Positions 52,791-64,000 of a stretch of 64,000 bases of DNA are shown one piece after another. The notes under the pieces were generated by a model, which was not told the origin of the DNA, searched no databases, and was given only the letters and a program-made list of their open reading frames with translations. The DNA comes from Octopus vulgaris. Its lineage: Eukaryota. Each line of letters starts with the position of its first letter. Position 1 is the stretch's first letter. Location: the NCBI GenBank assembly GCA_951406725.2, contig OX597814.1, positions 86,428,001 through 86,492,000 of the forward strand, in the 5' to 3' direction. The position numbers and the translations under genes were made by a program.

Positions 52791-55700
52791 TTTCAACCAA
52801 CACATTAATGTCAGCACCATCATGTTACAACTTTGTAGTTTACAATTAATTTAAATAAAAGAGATTTTCATGTTTCATCAAATCTGGCATATGGAAGCAG
52901 GGCTCATTTTTTTCATCCAAAAGTACTACTTGCTGATAAGGTTCACAGTCCAGTGTCTTAAAATACTACACCAATAAGTCTACATTTGATATTTCACTTT
53001 TCAAAGAAACAAGTTGTCAAATTCTGTAATTCTTCCAATCTTTCTTTAATAATTGATGTTGAATAGCATAAAGTTCTGTTTTGTTAAATTCTCAAGTGCC
53101 ACTGCAAACTCTATGTAAAATATTTTCTGCTTGCCCTTCTGGTCAATCAAACTCAACCTACCAATTTGTTGTGCATTTTCAACAGTTTCATCAATTTCAA
53201 ATTTCATTGTATTTGGCATAATAAACTATATCTTAAACATTATGGACACTTGTACATTTTATGTCCTATCCTTTTCCTGAGCTCTTATCCAGTTAATACA
53301 CTTGACACAATTACAAGTTTACATTGTCAAAATTATCAAAAACTCAGCTTCCAGCATCAATTTTGTCTCTAAAATTTATTACAGAAGACTTTGTTGATTG
53401 CTGCATAGTGTTCTATATATCCAATTTCATTTGAAAAAAAATGTTAATTTGCAATCTTCTTTCCATACTGATTAAGTAAAGAAGCAAAACTAGACACAAA
53501 AGAACAACATCCAGGGCATATCCAATGTATCATCAAGCGCATTCATTTAATCTTCCTGAAATTATAATAGCTACTCCATACATCAAGAGTATTTAGCACA
53601 TGTTAAATAGGTTTGTAGTGTTCTCTCTCTCTCTCTCCCTAATAGACCATGTTTAATGTTTTTGCTATGAATTCATATATTCTTAATATGTTTGGTTATT
53701 CCATTCCCCACTATAACCCATTGCAGTCATCAAAAACATCACCCATCAACTCTTTCTCCGTGTAAAATATTAAAAAATAATGTAGATTTAGAATTGACAT
53801 CTTTACTAATCAGATATTCAGATAACTTAATAAACAAGCTCAAAGATTATTCAAAGGAAATGGAGCAGTTATCTGCTGTCATATTTACTAGGGTTTGATA
53901 AAACTCTGAAATTATGTGTTAACTAAACTTCAATTAGTTTCATTTTTACTTTTTCTGATTAGCTTGTATATGTCAAATCTCAAAACTAATACTGAGCCCA
54001 TACACAAAAAATTTAAATGCATTTATCTATAATACTAGTCCAGCAGAACAGATGCATCAATATTTCAGTGAAGATTACAGCTATGTTAAATATTATCTAT
54101 TGTATTTCATACCAAATAAGGATTTCATATTTATGTATAACTTTGTGATAAGTACATGGTAGCTCACAGCATGTTACTAGATAAACAAACTCTTCACATT
54201 TTTGTCAGTTTAAATCACTAGCACATCTAACATTCTCAAGAAAACAAATTATTAATAAACAGCCCAATGACTAAGATTAAAGTACTGGACCAAATTGACT
54301 ATTTAGCTAGTTCTAAGTTTATAGCTTGCGTTAACTATTGTGTGGTGATCTTAGCAAACTACATTTGACTCAGTCTCTGTGGCCAACAAGTTGTTCCATT
54401 CCAATTTTAGAACTGAATAGTAAGCAGTATAAAAAGTCTCCATCATAAAACATGAATGCAACATTATCTAAATATATAGATATGCTAGTACATTCTCTCC
54501 CAAGCATGAAGAAACAGTAAATAAGAATTAATGTCATCAAATCTAATTAATATATATATATATTTATCTAACTGCTGGTAATAAAAAAATTAGCACTGAA
54601 ATTAAACCAGTCTGATCAACAGTCAAACCAGCTTAACAATTTGTGTAAATCAACTATCCATGACAGCAGTGTAGGCGAGAGTCAAACAGATGATAGAAGT
54701 TTTACAAAACTTGATGGATTTCCATTGAACAGCTCAGACACAAACATTGATTCCGTTGTAAAAATAAGTCTACAAACACACTGGATCACATCAGAATCTG
54801 AAATTGTCATTGATAGTAGTAGTGAAATGTTTTCTGAACAGCAGCATAGATCATATGAAATAGAGTTAAGCCTTTGCTTGATATCAATTATAATCTCTAA
54901 CAAAAATGATTATTTAGATTATTGATGAAAAACAAAGCTAAAAGCCTAATGCAGATAGGACAAAACGTTTTATATGTCCACTATAACTAAATATAAATGT
55001 TAACATTCACAGGACTGGCTAGTGACTTAGAGTAGGCTCTACAAATAAATAAACTCTGCAACCTTGTTTCAATTCCTGAGTGAGAATATTTCACTCCTAC
55101 ATAATTCTATACTTTTTCTATCGGTCTCTTTTGCCAAAGTTACGGGAAACGTAAACACACCAACATTGGTTTTCAAGTGATGGTGAGGGATGGAGGGACA
55201 AACACAGACACACAGATATATACGACAGTCTTCTTTCAGTTTCCACCTACCAAATCCACTCACATGGCTTTGGTCGGTCCAAGACACTTGCCCAAGGTGC
55301 CACACAGTGGGACTGAACCTAGGACCATGTGGTTGATAAGCAAGCTACTTACCACACAGCCACTCCTGCACCTATATGTTTAAATTTATTTCAGACTAAT
55401 TTTACTTTGAAACATTAAGAATGCCAAGCAATTCACTGTTGACTCATTTTCTCCCATTCTTCAATAACTTCTTTGGAACAACCCTTTTATTTACCATTGT
55501 TAGCATACCTAACAGGACTTTCACTGGATTAATAAATGCACAGAGCTACTCTTAATAGATACAAACATATATAATCAATACAGACTACATAACAAAATAC
55601 ACACCTAAATCTGAATCAGAAGAGAACAACAGAAAAGACTTGAACCAATCATCTATTGTTTACCAGCCAATTGCATTACTGGTTACACTACAGAGTACTT

Positions 55701-56261
55701 TCCACTCCCATCATAAATCAGATACTTGGAAATTTCTTCTTTTCCCTTCCATATTGATCCTATTTTTACTTCTTTGAAAGAACTGGTTTAACTTTACAAT
55801 GAAAGTCCTTCAGACTATTGAGACATTTCTTAATTCAACAAAGAGTTAATGTCTATTAAAGATTTAAAGACTAGTAATCTGTTGACATCCTCTTCTCTTG
55901 TAAATGGTGGTCTACGACATAAGAGATGTTCTGCACTGATCGATCCACTTTCATCATCAATGGTTCCTACTCATGGCAATGTCAACAGCTTTATTAAAAC
56001 TAATATCCTATCTGGTCAGATCATCTGGAAGTCATTAATTTGTTGCAAGTAAATCTCTTGTAACAAACTACTACACCAAATATCCGGCCAATTGGTCATA
56101 TCAGTAAACCAGGGTGGCTGTATTCTGATAAGGCAATGATACTTGATTTTTGTCCAGCCAGTGATATTTTTATCTAAATCATTCATGAGAGTGCATGCTC
56201 ATGTGCAACTAATGCACAAAGGGCATGAAATGGATTACTTTGAAGCTAGTTTGGAGGATCC

Positions 56262-57420
56262 TATTGATGACTGGTGTATGGCTAGCAGGTTCATAGTGGT
56301 AAATGTAAGTTCAAGATAAGGAGTTTAAGGTTTGTAATTAATGTTTCATGTTTTGTAGAGCTACGGTGATGGCTGATGTACAATTTGTTAGCTGATAGTG
56401 AAGATTTATGGTGATAAATGTTTCAAGATAACAAAAGGTTTGAGGTCTGAAGGTTCATGATAGTGGATCATGCTTTGTAGAGCCATGATGATGGATGCAT
56501 GATCCTGTTACCTGATAGTGAAGATTGGAACATGGGTTATAGATTTGTAATGATAATACAAAGTTTGTAGAGTCATGGTATATGGATCATTAGTTCATGG
56601 TGATGGCTTGTAAATTCTTGAATCACTGGCTCATGATGATGATCAGTGTATGGTTTATTGGCTCATGGTGATAACTAAATGCTTCTAGATTGGTTCATGA
56701 TTATGAATGGTGAATTGTAGAATCATGGTGATGACTGGTACATGTTTTGAAAAATTTATGGCAATGATTGGTACATGGTTTGTTAGCTCAAGGAATTGAT
56801 TGGTGCAAGGTTTGTAGAGTTATAGTAATGATTAGTCTGTGATTTATTGGATAAAGTGATGATTGGTGCATGCTTTGTTGGCTCATATTAATGACTGGTG
56901 TATGGTTTGTATATTCATAGCAATGATTGGCTCATTGTGATTGAAGCATGCTTTGTTGGCTTGTTGATATGCATGGCTTTTAGATTAATGGCAATGATTG
57001 GTGCATGGCTTGTAGATTTATGGTGATGACTGGTGCATGGTTTGTTGGTTTATAAGGATGATCAGAGCACTGTTTGTAGATTCTTAGAGATGATTAGTGC
57101 ATGGTTTGTAGGTCATTGTAATGATTAGTGCATGGATTATTAACTCATGGTGATTTGTGCTTTGTAGGTCATGGTAATGATTGGGGCATTGTCTGTAGGT
57201 CAAAGATAAGTTATTCATAGCTGGTAGAGTCATAGTGAAATAATATCATAATTTATAGGCTCAGCATGATAAATTGCTCACAACTTGTAGGTTTATGGTA
57301 ATAAATGATGCATGGTTTGTAGTTCTATAATTTGAAGCTTCATTGTAGCAATTCATGCATGGATTTTGGATTAATAACTATATTCACTATGATGATTGAT
57401 GCATGATCATAGTGATAAAT
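56262..57420. repeat. Highly diverged ~31-32 bp minisatellite
   Basis: Recurring unit approx. ATGGTGATGATTGGTGCATGGTTTGTAGA(C/T)TC over ~1.15 kb. Confidence 0.85.
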
Positions 57421-58289
57421 AGGGTTTGGTTTTTAGATTTACAGAGCTCAAAATATATATATATATGGTACACTGTTTGTAAATTTATGACTATAATTTC
57501 AGTTCATAATTTGTAAACTTGTGTAGATAGCTATACTTTATTCTATGTCACACACATACATATATCAGATGACTATCAGTTACTGGGATTTTTTTTCATA
57601 ACTAGATGCATCTATTGATACATGCAGTCCTATTAACACCTGATTGTAGGATACAATTCTCTTCTAGCTGCTATACCCACAAGTGAAGCTGAATAGAGTA
57701 CTACAAGCTAATGAAACATTTTGTAAGTTTACAGGAATATTGGAGCATGAGGCAATCCTTAGACCTGTCAGATCCAGTCAAACCTTCCAACCCATGATAG
57801 TATGGAACATGGGTGATAAAAGACGATGGTTCTGTGGTATCTATTTATAGTTAATTGCACTTACCTATCTGTGCCAAGGACAGTATATGAACTGCCAATA
57901 TCTCAGCTAGCCTATCTTTTGAGCCATCTGTGCTCTCTTAAAAAATAAAATCACTGAAAATTTATAACCACAAGGAATCCTAAAATTTTAAAGCTTTCCA
58001 ATTTGTATGTACTCCAGAGAATACAGGTCACCTGCTGAGACACCAGTTACTCACTAGTGATAATTCTTTGAAAAAAATTCAATAAAAATAATGTGGTTTA
58101 AAAGCATTTGACCATGGCTGGCATGAGAATTTTCAAACAAAGTGCGTCTGCCTTCTGGACTTTGTCTATCTCTTGGATTAGAAGTTTGTTAGATTATATG
58201 TGGTGTTGAGGTTCTCTATCTTTGATTCATACTGTCAATTTTTGCATACCCCAAAGTTCAATTTTATTGCCCCCCCCCTTTCATCATGC

Positions 58290-58700
58290 ACATTCACAAT
58301 CTACTTGACGTTAATTTTAACAACATTCACTCCTGTGCAAACACTCCTCTTCACTTCTTAATCTTACATTATCCACATGTAACCACAAAAACTCAATCAA
58401 ACCCGCACTGCTCCATGAAAAGATATCTTGAAAACATTCAGCAAATAGAGCAGGACACTTTTGTCTTCAGAGTACTGAGACATGTCAAGGAAACAATCTT
58501 GTGAGAGTGTTGCTGTTGCTATACACATTAACATTCATGGTTGCATCCAACAAATTGGCAAACACTTTGCCACCAACACTTCAACCTCTAGCCTATAGAG
58601 GCCTACTGTCTCCTATCTATTCCACCACTACTAATAGTCACATACAGTTTCACCTAACTACTATACTAAAAATTATATTTATTCCATCCTCTCTAGAATG
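58290..58700 (+). mobile_element. Very old CR1/Jockey-type APE endonuclease relic
   Basis: Fragmentary translation RDMSRKQSCESVAVAIHINI resembles the RxDR...GGGVAxxI endonuclease motif. Confidence 0.4.
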
Positions 58701-60230
58701 TAAACCATTTGTATTTCCCTTCTAGCAGACATATAGATGCTCAACTTGAATATCAACTGTTATCAAGCTCATTTGTTTTGCTGGACAGACAAAGGTCATG
58801 GACACTGACCATTCCTTTTAACTAAGCAGTGAAAAAATATCTATTACATATAACATTTGTTTTGTTCAGTTTTATTCACCATTGTTAGATGCCACAACAT
58901 ACAAGAAAGAGTTACACAGTTTCCACAACTTGAAATATTTAGAATACATTTTTCTGTGCCGGTGTAGTATGTCATCTACATACATGTTTCTGGTATAGTT
59001 TGTAATCTACATTTACAATTCATCTATTTACTCCGGTTGGTTTGGTATATAACCAAAAGAAACCTTTATGATTTAAACATTTTTAGTCCTGAGCCCATTG
59101 AAAGAAGTCGTGATGAGAGCAAAAGAATTTTACACACAGGTTATTCGAGATGAAGAAGCTGAAACAGAATTTCTCTGACGCTATGAACTCCTTAATGAAA
59201 ATGGAGATATTGATCCATGCAGCAAAATTTTTCTTCTTTTATTTTTTAAATGTTTAACTCATTCCTTTAATTATAATTGCCAATTTAAAACAACATTTTG
59301 AATGTAGATCACAAGCTTGTCTAGATTTAAGTTGCTGTAGACCACATACTACACTGGCACCCATTTTTCTCTTTCTGGACAGCAATGGTTTTGAGGCACA
59401 ACTGTACAACATGGGTCTCACTGGTTTTATTAAATACTGTAATATGAAGATTCCTTTCTTGACAATGTAACTTTTAACAAGAAAACACACCATATTAACA
59501 AAAGCAATCTTGACTAAATACAAAACCAAACAAGAGCCAACTTTAGCTGGCTGTTCTTTGTTGATGACAATAGGCAAAAGTGTTACTTGTCAATTAGATG
59601 TTTTCCTATTTGTTGTTTAGCCCCAGGTAATTGCAAACTCAGCAGACTATGATTATAAACATTTCTACAATGGCCATTACATGTTTTGTTTTTTTAGACA
59701 TTATGCATCTAGAATTTCATTGCTCAATGTACTATTTCCTTTTTGTACAACTTTAGAGAGATTTAACTATATTTTCCATCAGGTTGTTAGTTCAAGTTCA
59801 ACTTTTGTGGTTTCTATCTAAAGAGGTATTATGATCAAGAAACAAGTAACTTCACATTTCAATGTCTAAAGGGCAAAGGAATTTGATAACAAATAAATTC
59901 GTGGGACACAAGTTGTACAGTAATGCAGGCACTTCACCGATACAATATTTTTTGAAGACAGTATTGCAAGGTAAAGAAACACATCAAATATAGATTGTTT
60001 TCACTGTCGACTGTTTTAAACTAAGGACTTGAAACATGGCATATTTCACAAGAGACCAAATAAATGAAGCCAACCAGGTTTATCAGTCAAATTCACAAGA
60101 TTCATTTGTAAACATTGAAATGCTTATATATCCTGCTACAATGGCATCACACCAGCTCGTCCCTACATGTGAAGGAGTTACTACCCTCTTTGAAAAACAT
60201 TCAGAAGGGTGATTTCCTAACTACGTACCA

Positions 60231-60410
60231 GCCATTGTCTCAAATGGGTGCTTGGCCAATTTCTGAAACATTACCTAATTTGGGTGTTTGCCGTGCTTGG
60301 CCAATTTCTGAAACATTACCTAATTTGGGTGTTTGCCGTGCTTTCTAAACGCCATTGTCTAAAATGAGTGTTTGCCTACATGCCAATGTCTAAAAAGAGC
60401 TTTTGACATC
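60231..60410. repeat. Exact 45-bp tandem duplication (60248-60337) inside a short degenerate array
   Basis: GTGCTTGGCCAATTTCTGAAACATTACCTAATTTGGGTGTTTGCC x2, flanked by related GCCATTGTCTAAAATGxGTGTTTGCC units. Confidence 0.9.
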
Positions 60411-62481
60411 TCTAATCGCCATCGTTTAAGTGGCTGTAAATTCCTTAACTCATTTTGAGGCGCAAAACCATCGAGATCGATTCTACAAATAGATGGGCGA
60501 GCTAGGAGACCTCCGAGTCACTTGTAGTGGCAGAGAAACGAGTAAAATTTAAGCTGCAAACCAAAAGAATATCGTACGAGTCGTAACTCAACCAGATTCG
60601 GTTGAACAATCGCCCAAATGGTGTGCATGCGTGTATGTGTGCTTATCCGGCATTTTTTTTCTTGGTTAAACACAGGCTACAGAGTGAATTCTAAGTTACG
60701 AAAACTGATTCGTATATATGCGCGTGCATTTGCATGTACGTGTATATGCTGAGCATATGAATGTATGAAAGAGAACAATATACAAAATACATTCGGTGTT
60801 GGAACTAGTCGCCTTGATGACAATGCAAGAAACAAAAAACTCGCAGTAGGAACACAATGATGTCCTAATTTCAAATGCATGAATACAGATATGCAAACAG
60901 AGAACAGAAACCGATAAAGAAATTAAATTATAAACCCGTTGTCAAAATATGAAATCTATTCAGTGAATTTAGTCACGACAATGTCTTTGCAAACAATTAG
61001 TTGGTCTATTCTTGACTGCACAATTGCTCATAGAAATAGTTTCAACTGATAATTTCGGCAAATAATCAAAATATCATATTCTTACAACAAAACATTACTT
61101 TTGACACATAAAATACAAATTAACACATGCATGGAACCCAGGTTAATATAGATACGTACACACGTAATATTGTTCAGTACAATGACCTAGATTTCTTCTG
61201 ATTTTCCAATTATGTTAATGGATTTTGTTTTCTCTATCGTGAAGATAAAAACGTCGTCAAGTTAATTTTTAAATTTTACACTGCCCGTCAAAAAATTTTT
61301 TGTCCGTAAATTTTAATACAAGACTTTATTTTTTTAGTTTTGGTTTTCTTATTTCGAACTTAATATACTTTCCGTTGTGATTATTGTGAAAGACAATAAG
61401 AGTAGTGTTTCTGCTGGTTAAGAAGAAACACTGAGGATTAGAAAACTAGTTTGTTTTTGTAGTTTTCATCTATCTCGAATGATGCCATTTTGACCTGATC
61501 AAGAAAAGGCAAAAACATGTTCCAAGATAATAGATTAAATTATTACAATGAGCTATGTCTAGAATTTACTAAAGAGAACGGAAAAGGGATGGAAAGGTTA
61601 ACAACCTTGAAACAATCATAATTCACTGAAAATATAACTAAAGATATTAAGTTACGAGTTTAATTGGTTGTTGCACAGGTCAGAGAAATAAAGCAGCAAG
61701 ACTATTGAGGTCAATAACTGATAAACGAAAAAAATCGATTCAAATAAATTATCACTTAAGACCTAAATACACTTGTTATAAGCATATCGATCTTTAGTGA
61801 GTTAGTGATAAATTCGTTTGTAAAATGTTGTAATAGAATTTCTTATTAAAATATGGTTAAAGAATATCAGTGGGTTGACAATTACTTGATTCGGTTTTCA
61901 ATTTTTCATTGCGCATCGCCATGTTTCTCGTTCTGCCAGATGACGTCATCGCAGCCAGCAAGAAGACGAAGCTTGGGCGAAACACTTTGGCTTCTGTCTT
62001 AAAACGACCGTAATAACTTGCAATAAAATTATTCAAATCGTTTTATTACTTTTTTAATACGTAAGTATTGTCCATAAAATTAACTGAACAAAGCAAAATA
62101 ATTATTTTGCTTTCTAAAAAAAAAACTGACAAGAAATTCAGCAAATGATATGCAAGCTAAAGACGAAAATAGTTCTTGAATAATGATTGCAATATGTAAC
62201 AAATTGCAAATACGTAGCCATTCTAAAACAAATGGTGCCATGTACCTTGCTTAATTTTGACGAGAGAAGGAACAAGAGAGACTTAAGTAAAACCTTTACT
62301 TGACGACGTATAACAATATAGAAAATGCTTTTACCACGCATAACACATTCAAAAGGTCTGTTAATGAATGTGTAAAACGTCTTGTTACTGACTTGGATGT
62401 GTATGTATATTAAGTAGGGCATATAGTGAGTATTTATCTACATTGTATTAACTGTGTTCCGAACTAGGATGGGATACTTAC

Positions 62482-62540
62482 GAATTGGTATGTAGATATT
62501 CAAAACTCAGCTGGGCTCGACTCAGGCTGCTGTAGGCCAT
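62482..62540 (-). CDS. MORC2: MORC2 coding exon 1 (MAYSSLSRAQLSFEYLHTNS)
   Basis: Reverse complement reads aacATG GCC TAC AGC AGC CTG AGT CGA GCC CAG CTG AGT TTT GAA TAT CTA CAT ACC AAT TC|gtaagt. Matches the MORC2 N-terminus (YSSLNRAQLTFEYLHTNS); phase 2 joins exon 2. Confidence 0.95.
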
Positions 62541-63478
62541 GTTGAGTTAAAGGGAACTTCTTTAACCCGCCAGAATAAAAAAAAAAAAGAAAAGTGGGGG
62601 AAAATCAAAAACTGAATTGGATAAATTATTAAAGAAATAAAATATAAAATTTTTCTTTTTAAATAAAATTCCAAATAAATAGTTAGGATATATATGTACT
62701 TTATCAGTTTACCGTTGGCTCTTTTCGTTTAAAGTAAACTGTTTACGTTGATAAACAGAAATCCATATCCGAAGTGGGTTTTAAGTCAAAACTAGCATCG
62801 GGGGAAGTCAAGATGAATTAAGTGGAGGCTGTCCACGCCTTCCCCTGGTTTATATATACGTGTGTGAGGGGGTTAGGTGGTGTATGTTTGAGTGTAACAT
62901 GGACGTCGACATCCATGGTGAAGTACTAAACTTAGTGACACAGGCATCATTAGTCCTTCCAAAAAAAAAAACGAAATGTATTGACTATAGTGATCAGGGT
63001 AGTCGCTTGATATAGAAGTAGTAAAGTATTATAAAACGAAATTAAGAGAAAAATATAACAGACAAAAAAAAAATTTTAATTCACAGGTGAAAATTGGCAA
63101 GGTGATAAGGAGAAAACCACTGAAAACTACTGTAATTCATAACAAAAATATACAAACTATAGAGAGAAATCGCTGTTCCAATCTCGACTTTACTTCCTAA
63201 CAACTCTTATCTGAAAATTCATTATCATACACACAAAAAAATTGTAATTATGTACTTTTTCCTTGTTAAAGTTTTCTTTTTCCATTAAATTTATTCCAAA
63301 ATGCCTTACCGTCGGGTTTCGTTGTACCGAAAGTATTTTAAGCGGGAAGAATTAACAAAGGAGAGAAAAAAAAGGGAGATGTTTTTTTTTTTGTTTTGTT
63401 CTTTGTTTTTGTTTTTTGTAACTCTTTTTTTTTTATTGTGTAAAATAGAGAGGAAGCTGCAACAGTAGTTATTGAACG

Positions 63479-63698
63479 ATGGCAGAAAGTAAGACCTGGT
63501 CAAACACAGCAAGTGGCAGCTACACGCAACATAGAGATTCCATGATATGGACATCTACAAGTAAGAAAACCAACTCTATCACAAGTTGCTGCAGCAAAGA
63601 CAGTAGTAGTAGTGATGAAGAAGACCAAGAAGAAATTCAACGACTTAGAGAAGCTGCCATTTCAGTAGAGCTACATACCGAAGACGACAGTAACGCAA
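63479..63698 (+). CDS. First coding exon of a divergent gene, CUSTOS (C12orf43)-like
   Basis: ORF from acgATGG contains SSSSDEEDQEEIQRLREAAIS, resembling the CUSTOS N-terminal motif SSSDxEELxRxREAA. Likely donor gcaa|gtaaat at 63699. Identity rests on one short motif. Confidence 0.55.
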
Positions 63699-64000
63699 GT
63701 AAATTGTCACTTGTGTCTAATTATATTCTTACCATATGATATAAATACAGTAACGTCAGCAACAATAAACTGAGTGTACTATATAATAATAATATGGCGA
63801 TGGGGCGGTATTTCCTTTGTCTCATATAATATAGTGAAGTGGCATTTATAGCTTCACTTCCCTACCTCATATCATAGCAGCCATGCCGCCGCTGCTCTTG
63901 CTGACGTCAGGTTCCTACTACCATATATGGTATGTCTGCATTATGCTAATCAACCGCGTGCGGCGCGATCGTTAGCTGCCATGTTGGATGGGTAGTAAAA

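Larger units (their letters stand above)
60400..64000. promoter_or_regulatory. CpG-retaining promoter region shared by MORC2 and the divergent gene
   Basis: CG dinucleotides become visibly frequent here compared with the CpG-poor gene body. Contains both start codons, full CRE sites TGACGTCA (61941-61948, 63902-63909) and YY1-like ANATGGC motifs. Confidence 0.7.

Noticed and set aside
56262-57420. CRISPR-like array
   Set aside because: Units are contiguous and diverged, with no unique spacers and no cas genes; the context is a eukaryotic intron.
60231-60410. Repeat-spacer-like pattern and ORF 60115..60348 with a duplicated peptide
   Set aside because: Explained by a simple 45-bp tandem duplication within a short degenerate array.

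Overview
AT-rich, repeat-dense eukaryotic genomic DNA. The SINE/MITE content suggests a coleoid cephalopod such as Octopus (inference). The minus strand carries the first 19 coding exons of a MORC2 orthologue (GHKL ATPase, CC1 coiled-coil, S5 fold, CW zinc finger). I reconstructed these by hand from GT-AG sites into one continuous frame of 1755 nt / 585 aa, from ATG at 62540 down to 2045; the gene continues off the left edge. Coding intron 1 is about 28.9 kb. A divergent plus-strand gene (CUSTOS/C12orf43-like N-terminus) starts at 63479 in a CpG-retaining promoter region. The introns hold relics of CR1- and RTE-type LINEs, mariner elements, three non-autonomous Helitrons, piggyBac-like MITEs, many tRNA-derived SINEs and degenerate minisatellites. 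The most interesting unexplained structures are: splice signals suggesting the two genes have interleaved 5' ends; an inverted mariner pair bracketing a frame-neutral 264-nt exon block (circRNA/dsRNA candidate); degenerate hammerhead-ribozyme cores in introns; perfect fold-back duplications; and candidate nested exons in intron 1. All functional claims are hypotheses from manual reading, and TE boundaries are approximate.
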